A stretch of 48,581 bases of DNA from Pseudoduganella sp. (GCA_039593645.1 JBCNOX010000001.1:1-48581); one strand, 5' to 3'. Positions 29,187 through 39,179 are shown, numbered from the stretch's first letter. Notes: generated by a model not told the origin, from the sequence alone. Translations and numbers: made by a program.

Positions 29187-31259
29187 ATGCGAGTCCTGCT
29201 TTCCCTGTTCTTAGTTCCGCTTTGCGCCAGCGCCGAAGATGCCGTGGCGCGTGTTGAGGTCAAGGCGGCCAGCGCCCTGCAACAGCGCCGCGATGATAGT
29301 GCCGGCCGGGTGGTCGTTTCGCGAGACGAGATCTTGCGTTACGGCGACACTACCGTGGCCGATACCCTACGGCGCCAGCCTGGAGTGACGGCGAGCGGCG
29401 GCCAGGTACAGCTGCGGGGGCTTGGCGGCGGCCGCACGCAGTTCCTGCTGAACGGAGAACCGGCGCCGCCGGGATTTTCGCCGGACAGCCTGGCGCCTGA
29501 ACTTATCGAACGTATTGAAATCCTGCGCAGCGCAAGTGCCGATAGCAGCGCACAGGGCATTGCCGGCAGTATCAATATCATTTTGCGGCGAAGCCCGGGG
29601 CGCGCCAGGTCGCAGGCGACACTGGCCGGCAGGCACGCCGGTGCTGGCTGGTCGCCGGAAACTTCGCTCGACCTGTCGCGCAGCAGTGACGACTTTTCCG
29701 CCAACGTGTCGGTACAGGCTGCGCGCGGAAAGAACGGAGCGGCCAGCAGCATGTTCGACAGTACACCGTCGGGCCAGCGCCTGACCGCCGAAGAGGACTT
29801 CTCGACGACTGAGCGCCTGGGCCTGGCCCCGCGCCTGAACTGGAAATTCGATGGCGGTACAAAGCTGGCATGGCAATGGCTGCTCGATCATGCCCGCAAT
29901 CGCAACTACGGGACCGACATCGAAACCATTTTGTCGGGTGCTGCGAGCGATTACCCGGTGAGCGCATACAGCGCAGTTGCCCGCACAGATATCATCCGCA
30001 GCGACCTTGAGGCCAGCCATCGCCTCGGCGAAGTTGGCCGCATCGAATGGAAAGCCGGGGGCGCGCATAACCGGCGCAGCAGCGACTATGTTTTCACCGG
30101 CAGCAATGCGGCGGGCGAAGCGCTCTGGCGCCGACATGTTCTTTCCAGCGCGACGGACGATGGCGCCAGTACCAGCGGGAAGCTGCGCTTTGGAAGCGAC
30201 GGGGCGCATGTTCTGGTGGCAGGATGGGACGCCTCGGTGGCGCGCCGTGGGGAATGGCGGCGGCAGGAGGATGCAAATGCGGCAGGGGAGGCGCTAGGCG
30301 AACGTGACCAGCGCTATACCGCCCGCGTCCGGCGCCTTGCTGCCTACGTCCAGGATGAGTGGACAGTGTCGGCGGGACTCGACGCATATCTTGGCCTGCG
30401 CTGGGAAGGCCTGCGCACCTTGACCAATGGACGCGACCTGTCCGACGTCAGCAGCAGTTCAAGCGTCTGGAGCCCGGTTGCCCACTTGCTGTGGCGCTTG
30501 CCCGGTTCGCGCGACCAGCTGCGGCTCGGCCTCGCGCGCAGCTATAAGGCGCCCAATACGCGCGACCTGGTGCCGCGCCGGTTCACGGTCAACAATGGCA
30601 ACGGGCCTGCAAATCCGGACGTGCAAGGCAATCCGGCTTTGCGGCCCGAGCTGGCCTGGGGAGTGGATGCCGCATACGAAAGCTATTTCGGCAAGGAGAG
30701 CATGTTCAGCATCGCGGCATATCGTCGGCGCATCGCCAACGTTATCCAGCCGGTGCTGTTCCAGGACAAGGAAAAATGGGTGGCGATGCCTGCCAATATC
30801 GGCAGTGCCGTCGCCCGTGGCCTTGAGTTTGACGGACGATTGGCGCTTGGCGCGGGATACATCGCCCGCTTGGCAATGTCGCGCAACTGGTCGCATGTGT
30901 CGTCGGTGCCGGCGCCGGGTAACCGTCTTGGCGAGCAGGTGCCGCTCACGCTGACTGGTGGCCTCGACTTTCGCTTCGGCGCCGGAGCGACGGCAGGCTT
31001 CAGCTGGAACCTGCAGAAGGGTAGCCTCACACATACCTCGGTCTCGCAATGGAGCGGTCGAAACACCGAACGGCGCCTGGATTTGCATGCCGCCTGGCTG
31101 CTGGGCCCGGGCCTGACCTTGCGCGCCACGGCAGGCAATGCCCTGAAACCGGAGACGCGCAGCACGCAGATATTCGCGGACGGCCGCCACGACACTTTGC
31201 GCGAGGTATCAGGCAATAGCCAGCGCACGTTCAAGCTGGCTGCGGAAGTCGCATTGTGA
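29187..31259 (+). CDS. TonB-dependent receptor
   Basis: ATG at 29187 with a signal peptide; plug motifs LRRQPGV, LRGLG, IERIEILR, GSINIIL; barrel GLRWE, GNPALRPE. Confidence 0.9.
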   Translation: MRVLLSLFLVPLCASAEDAVARVEVKAASALQQRRDDSAGRVVVSRDEILRYGDTTVADTLRRQPGVTASGGQVQLRGLGGGRTQFLLNGEPAPPGFSPDSLAPELIERIEILRSASADSSAQGIAGSINIILRRSPGRARSQATLAGRHAGAGWSPETSLDLSRSSDDFSANVSVQAARGKNGAASSMFDSTPSGQRLTAEEDFSTTERLGLAPRLNWKFDGGTKLAWQWLLDHARNRNYGTDIETILSGAASDYPVSAYSAVARTDIIRSDLEASHRLGEVGRIEWKAGGAHNRRSSDYVFTGSNAAGEALWRRHVLSSATDDGASTSGKLRFGSDGAHVLVAGWDASVARRGEWRRQEDANAAGEALGERDQRYTARVRRLAAYVQDEWTVSAGLDAYLGLRWEGLRTLTNGRDLSDVSSSSSVWSPVAHLLWRLPGSRDQLRLGLARSYKAPNTRDLVPRRFTVNNGNGPANPDVQGNPALRPELAWGVDAAYESYFGKESMFSIAAYRRRIANVIQPVLFQDKEKWVAMPANIGSAVARGLEFDGRLALGAGYIARLAMSRNWSHVSSVPAPGNRLGEQVPLTLTGGLDFRFGAGATAGFSWNLQKGSLTHTSVSQWSGRNTERRLDLHAAWLLGPGLTLRATAGNALKPETRSTQIFADGRHDTLREVSGNSQRTFKLAAEVAL

Positions 31260-31297
31260 CGATACAATTGGGGCCGTCCAAACAAGTGGAGTAGGAA

Positions 31298-31765
31298 ATT
31301 AAGAAGCTTGCACTGATTTTTGCACTTATTTGCAATCAATCTTACGCAGACACGGTCATTGGCGTTTCCGATGGCGATACGCTGACCGTGTTGAGCAAAG
31401 GCCGGCCGGTGAAGGTCCGTCTTGCGAATATCGATGCGCCGGAGAAGAAGCAGCCGTTCGGCGCGCGTTCGAAACAATCGCTGTCGGACCTTTGCTTTGG
31501 CCGCGATGCGAAGCTCGATTCGGGCAAGCAGGACCGCTACGGGCGCACTGTGGCCGTTGTCCATTGCGGCGACGTCAACGCCAATGTGGCGCAAGTGCGC
31601 AAGGGCATGGCCTGGGTTTACCCACAATACAACCACGATCCATCGCTGCCGGCAGTCGAAGCTGTGGCACGCAATTCGCGTATCGGTTTATGGGCGGAGC
31701 GTGATCCGCTTGAGCCTTGGCTGTTTCGCAAGGAGCGCAAGGCGCGCAGCAGCTACCTGAACTAA
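31298..31765 (+). CDS. Thermonuclease (SNase-like) secreted nuclease with apparent ATT start
   Basis: The frame is open from ATT 31298: (I/M)KKLALIFALICNQSYA-DTVIGVSDGDTL, VRLANIDAPE, DRYGRT, GLW. GGAG lies 6 nt upstream; an in-frame TAG lies two codons upstream. Confidence 0.8.
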   Translation: MKKLALIFALICNQSYADTVIGVSDGDTLTVLSKGRPVKVRLANIDAPEKKQPFGARSKQSLSDLCFGRDAKLDSGKQDRYGRTVAVVHCGDVNANVAQVRKGMAWVYPQYNHDPSLPAVEAVARNSRIGLWAERDPLEPWLFRKERKARSSYLN

Positions 31766-32658
31766 GCGCTGCGGCCTTCGAACAGGTCCTTCATCTCGCG
31801 CAGGCCGGCGGTGAGACATTCGACCGTAGCCGACACCTTCGGCACGCCACGCAGCTGGCGTGGCGTAAGCAACCATAGTTGCGAGCGGAAGTCCGACAAC
31901 AGCGGAGAAACCCGGCGCAGGCGCGGATTGGCATCGCCCAGGTGGCAAGGCAATATTCCGACACCAAGGCCCTCTTCAAGCAACCTGCATACAGCCAGGG
32001 TACTTGAGCAGCGCACCACAGCGTGCCGCATCAGACCCTCCGCCTCCAGCCATTTCGATGACGCCAGGTGTCCCAGCGATTCATCGACCGTGACCCAGGC
32101 CTGCTCGTGCAGGTTTTCTTCGGATACGTTGGGCCAGCCCACCGGGGCGTAAATGGCCACCTCGATATTGCAGATGACGCGCCCGATCAGGTCTCCGTCG
32201 GGCTCTCCGCCCGAACGCAGGGCGATATCTGCTTCACGCTGGCGTACGTTCGCCAGGTTTTCGCCAATTTCCAGATTGACTGTGATATCGGGCAGTTCGC
32301 GCCTGCAGCGCGCGAGCAGCGGCGGCAGGACGCGGGGCATCAGCACTTCGCTCGTGGCAAGGGTCAGGCGGCCCGCGGCTCCCAGCTCGGCGTCCCGTTC
32401 CAGGTCGCGCAGTCGCTGGTCGAATTCCTCGGCGAGCGACAGTAACCCAGTCGCCGCTGCGGTTGGCTGGTACCCCTGGCGGCTGCGCTCAAACAAGGTG
32501 GTGCCGAGACTGGCCTCGATATCGCGAATGCGGCGGAACAGGGTTGGATGGCTGGAGCCCAAGGCTTCGGCGGCCCTGGAAAGGGAGCCGTGGCGGGCCA
32601 CGGCGAGGATCACCTGGTAATCGTTCCAGGCGAGCCGGCTGGTCAGGAATTTGCTCAT
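31762..32658 (-). CDS. LysR family transcriptional regulator
   Basis: GSLSRAAEALGSSHPTLFRRI HTH, LFERS, READIALR. Confidence 0.93.
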   Translation of the reverse strand: MSKFLTSRLAWNDYQVILAVARHGSLSRAAEALGSSHPTLFRRIRDIEASLGTTLFERSRQGYQPTAAATGLLSLAEEFDQRLRDLERDAELGAAGRLTLATSEVLMPRVLPPLLARCRRELPDITVNLEIGENLANVRQREADIALRSGGEPDGDLIGRVICNIEVAIYAPVGWPNVSEENLHEQAWVTVDESLGHLASSKWLEAEGLMRHAVVRCSSTLAVCRLLEEGLGVGILPCHLGDANPRLRRVSPLLSDFRSQLWLLTPRQLRGVPKVSATVECLTAGLREMKDLFEGRSA

Positions 32659-32774
32659 TGGCGCATTCTATCGCGTTGTTCAATCTTGAAAGCTCGTTGT
32701 TCACGGGATGTCTGTCGGGGTGCGGCTCCAGTGGCGACAATGGATTCGTTCAACCACACGTCAAAGGAAACAAA

Positions 32775-33293
32775 ATGATTCGCAAACTTCTGATTGCATT
32801 TGCCCTGTTGCTCGCTGCCTCTGCGCACAGCGCCGAAAATTCCGCGTGCAGCGCGCCGGAGTACAAGCAATTCGACTTCTGGGTCGGCAACTGGGAGGCA
32901 TTCGATCGCGATGGCAAGCTGCTTGGCCATACGCTGATCGAGAAAATCGAGCAGGGCTGCGTGCTGCAGGAGTGGTGGCGAGGTAACGGTGCCGAGAACG
33001 GCGCCGGCACAAGTCTCAGCATGTATGATCGCAAGCACAAACTGTGGCGCCATGTCTGGAGCAGCGCGCGCGGCAATTTCGCTCCGATCGATGGAGGCTG
33101 GCAGGGTGAGCGCATGCTGATGACCGGCTACTTCATTAACGACAAAGGCGAGCGGGAGTTCCATCGCACTGTATGGAAACCCATCCCTGGCGGCGTGCAC
33201 CATGTCTGGGATGCCAGCCTGGATGGCGGCGTGACCTGGACTGTGCTGCACGAAGCGTGGCTGCGCCGTACTGACAAAGTCCTCGCGAAGTAG
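32775..33293 (+). CDS. Secreted hypothetical protein (QFDFWVGxW / DUF1579-like beta protein)
   Basis: AAGGA RBS, ATG at 32775, signal peptide AHS-A, CSAPEYKQFDFWVGNW, SLDGGVTW. Divergent from LysR. Confidence 0.75.
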   Translation: MIRKLLIAFALLLAASAHSAENSACSAPEYKQFDFWVGNWEAFDRDGKLLGHTLIEKIEQGCVLQEWWRGNGAENGAGTSLSMYDRKHKLWRHVWSSARGNFAPIDGGWQGERMLMTGYFINDKGEREFHRTVWKPIPGGVHHVWDASLDGGVTWTVLHEAWLRRTDKVLAK

Positions 33294-33363
33294 GGTCCCT
33301 GCAGGCGCAGGCAATCTGCTTTATGATTGCCTGGCTGACTACATCCAACTCGAAAGGACCAAG

Positions 33364-33993
33364 ATGGCGGAGTTCAAACTGCACTGCTTTGCTGCTTCCG
33401 GCAACTCGTACAAGGCTGCGCTGTTCCTGGCACTTGCCGGTGCGGACTGGGAGCCTGTGGTGGTGGACTATTTCGGCGGCGAGACGCGTACCGAGAACTG
33501 GCGCGACAACCTCAATGAAATGGGCGAGATCCCGGTGCTGGAACACAAGGGCCTGAAGATCAGCCAGTCCGGCGTGATCCTCGACTACCTGGCCGAGGTG
33601 ACCGGCCAGTTCGGCGCCCGCAATGACGGTGAAAAACGCGACATCTGGCGCTGGATCCTGTTCGACAACCACAAGTTCACCAGCTACTACGCCACCCTGC
33701 GCTTCATGGTCGGCCTGCAGAAAACTGGCGAGACGCCGGTCACCCAGTTCCTGCGCGATCGTGCCGTTGGCGCCTACCGCATCGTCGACAAGCACCTGGC
33801 CGATAAGAAATACCTGGTCGGCGACCGCCTGACCATCGCGGACCTGTCGCTGGCTGGCTATGTCTATATGCCCGAGGAATCCGGCATCGACATGTCCGAA
33901 TTCCCGAACATCGCGGCCTGGAAAGAGCGCATCAGCGATCTGCCTGGCTGGCGCCATCCGCATGACCTGATGCCGGGCAAGAAGGCCTTCTAG
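33364..33993 (+). CDS. Glutathione S-transferase
   Basis: SGNSYK, NEMGEIPVL, SQSGVIL, YLVGDRLTIADL. Confidence 0.92.
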   Translation: MAEFKLHCFAASGNSYKAALFLALAGADWEPVVVDYFGGETRTENWRDNLNEMGEIPVLEHKGLKISQSGVILDYLAEVTGQFGARNDGEKRDIWRWILFDNHKFTSYYATLRFMVGLQKTGETPVTQFLRDRAVGAYRIVDKHLADKKYLVGDRLTIADLSLAGYVYMPEESGIDMSEFPNIAAWKERISDLPGWRHPHDLMPGKKAF

Positions 33994-34001
33994 CAGCGTG
34001 C

Positions 34002-34802
34002 TCAGTCATGCGGGGCGGCATGGCCGGACAGGTCGGCCGGCGCCTTGCGCGCGTAGAATTCGGCAACTTCGTTGATTTCGCGGTCGGTCATTGGGCGCGC
34101 CATATTGCGCATCAGCTGGTGCGAATCGTTGGCGCGGGTGCCGCTGCGGAAGGCGAGCAGTTGCTCGGTGAGATAGACCTTCGGCATGCCTTCCAGCCAA
34201 GGCGCACCAAGCTTCTGGTCCACGCCGCCATGGCAGGCGATGCAGGGCGCGATATTGCGCATCGGGTCGCCTACGCGCACCAGCGCGGGCAGGGTCTCGT
34301 CGTAGGTGGTGGGTGCGGTGCGTGCTTTGGGCAGGCTGGCGTAATAAGCCGACAGGTCGGCGATATCGCGATCGCCCAGCCGGCGCGCCAGTTCTTCCAT
34401 GATGGCGCTGGAACGTTTGCCGTCGCGGTAGTCGAGCAGCTGCTTCATCACCACCTCAGGATACTGGCCGGCCAGGTTGGGCGCGTCGGAGCGGCTCATG
34501 CCCAGCGCGCCGTGGCACATGGTGCAGTTCAATGCGAGCGTGGCGCCGCGGCCGATTGCGGCCGGCGCATCCATGCGCGCCATGCGCGGGTCGAGCACCA
34601 CCCGCGTCGCGACATGGGCGTTGGCGGGGGCGTCGCTCTCGGCCCAGCGGTTCGGCACGCCGGCGGCACGGCAGATGGCGGACCAGATGCCTTGCGCGCT
34701 GAAGTCTGCCTGGGCTGATGGCAGCAGGGCGAAGCCGATCAGGAAGGAGGCGGCGGTCAATCCCACCAGCGCCACACAGCTGAGTTTTCCGACGCGGTCC
34801 AT
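34002..34802 (-). CDS. Membrane-anchored diheme cytochrome c (c4/c553-like)
   Basis: CTMCH and CIACH, PNLAGQ. ATG at 34802 is coupled to the subunit I stop (TGATG). Confidence 0.87.
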   Translation of the reverse strand: MDRVGKLSCVALVGLTAASFLIGFALLPSAQADFSAQGIWSAICRAAGVPNRWAESDAPANAHVATRVVLDPRMARMDAPAAIGRGATLALNCTMCHGALGMSRSDAPNLAGQYPEVVMKQLLDYRDGKRSSAIMEELARRLGDRDIADLSAYYASLPKARTAPTTYDETLPALVRVGDPMRNIAPCIACHGGVDQKLGAPWLEGMPKVYLTEQLLAFRSGTRANDSHQLMRNMARPMTDREINEVAEFYARKAPADLSGHAAPHD

Positions 34803-36424
34803 CAGCGGCCTCCAATCGGAATCACCGGCACCGAGGCGTGCGGCGTGAGCGCCAGTTGGGCGATCGGGTAGCCATAATTGACGACCGTCAGGGCGATCAT
34901 CATGCCGACCCACAGCCCCAGTCCGTTCAGCGCAGCCGGCGGCCGGGCCTCTTCATGCGCGGTGCGGCTGAAGGTGAACGCCGGCACGGCAACGGCATCC
35001 TGCCGGCGGGCGGTGGCCAGGATGTAGATGAACAATGCCGCCGAGAGCACCAGCAACAGCCCACCGGCAGTGGACATGGTGACCGTCCAGGCCTGGGGGT
35101 GCAGGTCGGGGTGCGTGTAATCGTAATAAGCCATGCGGCGCGGTGCGCCGAGCAGGCCGACCAGGTGCCACGGCATGGTCAGCACCATCATTCCCACGAA
35201 CCAGAGCCAGAGTTGCAGGCGCTGCAGCCCGGGCCGCAGCGGCGCGCAACTGGTCAGCTGCGGCCACAGTTCGTACACCACCATGAAGTACATGATGACG
35301 ATGGCGCCCGCGAAAATCAGGTGGAAGTGGCCGGTCACCCATTGCGTGTTATGGATGGTTTCATTGAGCTGGTAGCTCATGTTCACCAGCCCGCCGGCGC
35401 CGCCGAAGCCAAGCATGATGAAGGAGAAGGTCACGGCCAGCATCATCGGCTCATGCCAGGGCAGGGCCTTGATCCAGCCGAACAGGCCGTGGCCGCCGCG
35501 CAGCCGGCCGGCAATCTCCACCGAGGCCACGATGGTGAACACGGTCAGCAGGGTCGGCACCGAGACCATGGCCGTCATCGCCGCGTGCACGAACTTGAAG
35601 CCGGCGCCTACCTGCGGGTCGGCAAACAGGTGGTGGATGCCGATCGGCATGGAGAACACCAGGAACAGCGCAAAAGCAACGCGACCCATCGTATCGCTGT
35701 ACAGGCGGCCGCCGATGGCGCGCGGCACCAGCGTGTAGAACGCGATATAGGCCGGCACCAGCCAGAAATAGACGATGGCGTGCAAGGTCCACGAGAACAG
35801 TACCCGCGCCAGGCCGGCGTTGATGGTGTCGGTCAGGCCCAGCGATGCGGGCAGCACCAGCAACAACAATTCGGAAGCCGCGCCAACCGAGGTCCAGGCC
35901 CACAGGTAGGCGCCGGCTACGTTGCCGTACATCGCCAGGGGCACGGTGGCGCCGGGATTGTCCTTCTTCCAGCGGTACAGGTTGACCGACATCAGGGCCA
36001 CCCAGATCCACGACCCGACCACCACCAGCACCACGCCAATGTAGTACAGCGGACTGGCAATCATCGGCGGATAAAAGGTGTACAGCACGGAAGCCTTGCC
36101 AATAGCCATAGTGACAGCGGCCAGCACGGTGCCGGCGATCACCAGCCAGAAGCCGGCCCAGGCCCAGCGTACGCCGTGCAGCGGACGCTTGAGCGCCAGT
36201 TCGGTCAGCGCGTAGCCAAAGCCCATGGCCACCAGCGTGGGCAACACATAGGCCATGACGGTGCCGTGCGCCGTCACCGAGCGGTAATAGTGCTCTGGAT
36301 TGTTGATCCATTCGCTCAGCGGGCTGCGCAGGAACATCTGCCATTCGCCCAGCAGTATGGCAGCGAAAAAGGCGATAAAGGCGACCCAGAAATGGGCCAG
36401 CACCAGTTTCTTAGCCCTGAACAC
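34802..36424 (-). CDS. Heme-copper oxidase subunit I, B-family (ba3-like)
   Basis: VTAHG, WTLHAIVYFW (His and Tyr+4), GIHHLF, GHFH, LGAPRR. Confidence 0.9.
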   Translation of the reverse strand: MFRAKKLVLAHFWVAFIAFFAAILLGEWQMFLRSPLSEWINNPEHYYRSVTAHGTVMAYVLPTLVAMGFGYALTELALKRPLHGVRWAWAGFWLVIAGTVLAAVTMAIGKASVLYTFYPPMIASPLYYIGVVLVVVGSWIWVALMSVNLYRWKKDNPGATVPLAMYGNVAGAYLWAWTSVGAASELLLLVLPASLGLTDTINAGLARVLFSWTLHAIVYFWLVPAYIAFYTLVPRAIGGRLYSDTMGRVAFALFLVFSMPIGIHHLFADPQVGAGFKFVHAAMTAMVSVPTLLTVFTIVASVEIAGRLRGGHGLFGWIKALPWHEPMMLAVTFSFIMLGFGGAGGLVNMSYQLNETIHNTQWVTGHFHLIFAGAIVIMYFMVVYELWPQLTSCAPLRPGLQRLQLWLWFVGMMVLTMPWHLVGLLGAPRRMAYYDYTHPDLHPQAWTVTMSTAGGLLLVLSAALFIYILATARRQDAVAVPAFTFSRTAHEEARPPAALNGLGLWVGMMIALTVVNYGYPIAQLALTPHASVPVIPIGGR

Positions 36425-36947
36425 AATTCAGCCTTTCCGCCGCCCTGGCCCTGGAGTAGAAATCCTGCGCCGGGATCACGCGCACCTTGGCCCACATCGC
36501 CTCGTGGCCGATGCCGCAATACTCGTGGCAGGGCATCAGCTGGTCGCCGGCCTTGGGGAAGGTGGTGGTGAAGGTCGATACGAAGCCGGGAATCAGCATG
36601 GTGTTGGCATTGGTGCGGCCGACCACGAAGCCGTGGATGGCGTCGGTGCTGGTGGCGCGGAAGGTCACCGGTACGCCGGCCGGCACCAGCAAGCATTGCG
36701 GCATGAAGGAATATTGCTGCGCCACCAGGCGTACGATGACGCGGCCGTCCTTGCCGAGCGAGGTGCCGAGGTTGTTTTCCACGAACTCGCCGCGCAGGTG
36801 CAGGGTGCGCACGTCGACCGTTTCGACCCGCGAAGGGGGCATGGCGGCCCACTGGATGCCGGTGAACACCATCATCGCCACCAGGGAGGTGATGATCGCC
36901 AGCACGATGATGGCCCAGCGCCGCTCCGCGGCTTCGGCAGTGTTCAT
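36411..36947 (-). CDS. Heme-copper oxidase subunit II (CuA)
   Basis: Single TM helix, DAIHGF, CHEYCGIGHEAM. Confidence 0.92.
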   Translation of the reverse strand: MNTAEAAERRWAIIVLAIITSLVAMMVFTGIQWAAMPPSRVETVDVRTLHLRGEFVENNLGTSLGKDGRVIVRLVAQQYSFMPQCLLVPAGVPVTFRATSTDAIHGFVVGRTNANTMLIPGFVSTFTTTFPKAGDQLMPCHEYCGIGHEAMWAKVRVIPAQDFYSRARAAERLNCVQG

Positions 36948-37099
36948 TGGACGGCTCCGCGCGGCAGGTAGACCAGCAGGTAGAACAGGTAGAAAATGGC
37001 TACCACGATCGCGGTTGCCACGCCTGCCACGGCGAAGGCGCCGCGCGGTCCGCGTTCGACGATTTCTTCCACCTTGCGATCCAGCTCTTCGTCTTGCAT
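36944..37099 (-). CDS. Small single-TM oxidase subunit (IIa-like, 51 aa)
   Basis: Manual translation MQDEELDRKVEEIVERGPRGAFAVAGVATAIVVAIFYLFYLLVYLPRGAVQ; AGGAG RBS; ATGA overlap with subunit II. Below the ORF-track cutoff. Confidence 0.8.
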   Translation of the reverse strand: MQDEELDRKVEEIVERGPRGAFAVAGVATAIVVAIFYLFYLLVYLPRGAVQ

Positions 37100-37109
37100 G
37101 GGCAGCTCC

Positions 37110-38399
37110 TTATTCGGGCAACAGCTTCCTCAATTCGCTGACCTGTTCCGGCCGTACCGGCGTGCCGTTATTGCCCCAGGCGACGCGGATATAGGTCAGC
37201 ACTGCCGCCGCCTGTTCGTCGGTGAATACGTGGGAGAAGGGCGGCATGCCGTGCGGGCGCGGATTCTTTTTCGTGCCCGGCGGGTAGCCGCCGTTCAGCA
37301 CCATGCGGATTGAATTGACCGGTGACGACATGGTGATCGACTGGTTGTCCGCCAGCGGAGGATACGCAGGCGGGAAGCCCCGCCCCTCCGCGCCGTGGCA
37401 GACCGCGCACTGCGCCGAGTACAGCTTGCGCCCCGTCTCCATCACTTCCGGCGCCACCAGGCGCGCCTGGTTGCCGGGCGGCGGTTCGGAGTCGCGCTGC
37501 GGCAGGCTTTTCAGGTAGACCGCCATGGCGCGCGCGTCTTCATCGCTCAGGTATTGCAGGCTGTTATAGACAACTTCGGCCATCGGGCCATACACCGTGC
37601 CGCGCTGGGATACGCCAACCTGCAGCAGATTCATGATGTCCTCGATCTGCCAGTGCCCCAGCCCAGCCTCGCGATTCGAAGTCAACGACGGCGCGTACCA
37701 GTTCTGGTTGGGTATCATGCCGCCCTCGAATTCCTTCGATTCGCTGCTGCCGCCAAGGGCGTTGATGGCGGTGTGGCACATGGCGCAATGGCCCAGTCCT
37801 TCCACCAGGTAGGCGCCACGGTTCCATTCCGCCGATTGCTTCGGGTCCGGCCGGTATTCGCCTTCCTTGAAGTAGAGGGTACGCCAGCCGATCAGCAGCT
37901 TGCGGTTGTTGAAGGGGAAGCGCAATTCATGCGGGCGGTTCTGCAGCCGCACCGGCGGCACCGACATCAGGTAGGCGTACATCGCATCCGAATCGGCACG
38001 GGTGACCTTGGTGTAGGAGGCGAATGGCATGGCCGGATAGAGCAGGGTGCCGTCGCGCGAAATGCCGGTGTGCAGCATGCGGTAGAACTCGTCGGCGCTC
38101 CACTGGCCGATGCCGGTGTCGTCATCCGGCGTGATATTTGGCACGTAGAGGTTGCCGAAGGGCGTGGGCATGGCGCGGCCGCCGGCGAACTTCTGCCCGT
38201 TCGGCGCGGTGTGGCAGGCAACGCAATCGCCGGCCCGCGCCAGGTATTCGCCGCGGTTCAGGGTCTGGGTGGTTTCATCCACAGGCGCAGCGGCCAATCG
38301 CGGCAGCCGGCGTTGCGGGTAAAGTGAATAGGCAATGCCTGCCGCCACCATCACAGCGAGGACCGCGGCCGACAGGATTTTGCTGGTGCGCGGCCGCAT
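37110..38399 (-). CDS. Triheme cytochrome c (gluconate/alcohol dehydrogenase cytochrome subunit-like)
   Basis: ATG at 38399; RGEYLARAGDCVACH, NITPD, LYPAMPF, CAMCH, CAVCH. Confidence 0.9.
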   Translation of the reverse strand: MRPRTSKILSAAVLAVMVAAGIAYSLYPQRRLPRLAAAPVDETTQTLNRGEYLARAGDCVACHTAPNGQKFAGGRAMPTPFGNLYVPNITPDDDTGIGQWSADEFYRMLHTGISRDGTLLYPAMPFASYTKVTRADSDAMYAYLMSVPPVRLQNRPHELRFPFNNRKLLIGWRTLYFKEGEYRPDPKQSAEWNRGAYLVEGLGHCAMCHTAINALGGSSESKEFEGGMIPNQNWYAPSLTSNREAGLGHWQIEDIMNLLQVGVSQRGTVYGPMAEVVYNSLQYLSDEDARAMAVYLKSLPQRDSEPPPGNQARLVAPEVMETGRKLYSAQCAVCHGAEGRGFPPAYPPLADNQSITMSSPVNSIRMVLNGGYPPGTKKNPRPHGMPPFSHVFTDEQAAAVLTYIRVAWGNNGTPVRPEQVSELRKLLPE

Positions 38400-38404
38400 G
38401 TCGC

Positions 38405-39127
38405 CTACCTTTGGCTGCCGCAGGCCAGCGGCATGCGCACCAGTTGCGAGGGTTCGGGCGCTGCGCCGGCTTGCAGCGGCTGCGCGGCCAGCCAGGCCGC
38501 CACGGCGGAAATGTCGGCATCGGACAGGCGGGTGGCAATGCGCTTCATGCAATCGGGTTCGGCGGCCCTGCGTTCGCCGACGCGCCAGCGCGTCAACTGC
38601 CCGATCACATAAGCGGGGCTCAGCCCAGCCAGCCCTGGGATGCCGGGCTCCATGCCGGTCAGTGCCTGGCCGTGGCAGGCAATGCAGGCCGGCACGCCGC
38701 GCGCGGGATCGCCGCGCTGCGCGATGTTCTGGCCGCGTTCCGCCACGGCCTTGTCGACCGGAGGAGGCGATGCGGCGGCGGCAGGACGCTGGCGTGCGAA
38801 ATGTTCCGCCATCTCACGCAAATAGGCATCGGGCAGGTAGGCCACCAGGTAGTTCATCGGCGGGTAGCTGCGCGTGCCGTCGCGGAAGGCGACCAGCTGG
38901 TTGTACAGGTAGCCGGCGGGCTTGCCGGCAATGCGCGGGAAACGGCCGTCGCCGGTGCCTTGCCCTTGCTTGCCATGGCAGGTAACGCAGCCTTGGGCAC
39001 GCGCCTCCATCGAATCGAGCTTCGCGAACGAAGGCGTCAAGGCATCTTGCGCCAGTGCCGCCGGGGGCGTTGACGTGAGGCCGAGCATGCCGGCCACAAG
39101 CAAGGGTATTGAGGCGGGTGCGTGCAT
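38405..39127 (-). CDS. Diheme cytochrome c4-like
   Basis: Signal peptide, CVTCH and CIACH, FPRIAGKP. Confidence 0.88.
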   Translation of the reverse strand: MHAPASIPLLVAGMLGLTSTPPAALAQDALTPSFAKLDSMEARAQGCVTCHGKQGQGTGDGRFPRIAGKPAGYLYNQLVAFRDGTRSYPPMNYLVAYLPDAYLREMAEHFARQRPAAAASPPPVDKAVAERGQNIAQRGDPARGVPACIACHGQALTGMEPGIPGLAGLSPAYVIGQLTRWRVGERRAAEPDCMKRIATRLSDADISAVAAWLAAQPLQAGAAPEPSQLVRMPLACGSQR

Positions 39128-39179
39128 GGCCTTAGTATAGGGCCTTGGCCACGCGCACGGTTGAATGAGGAGGAGCTAA

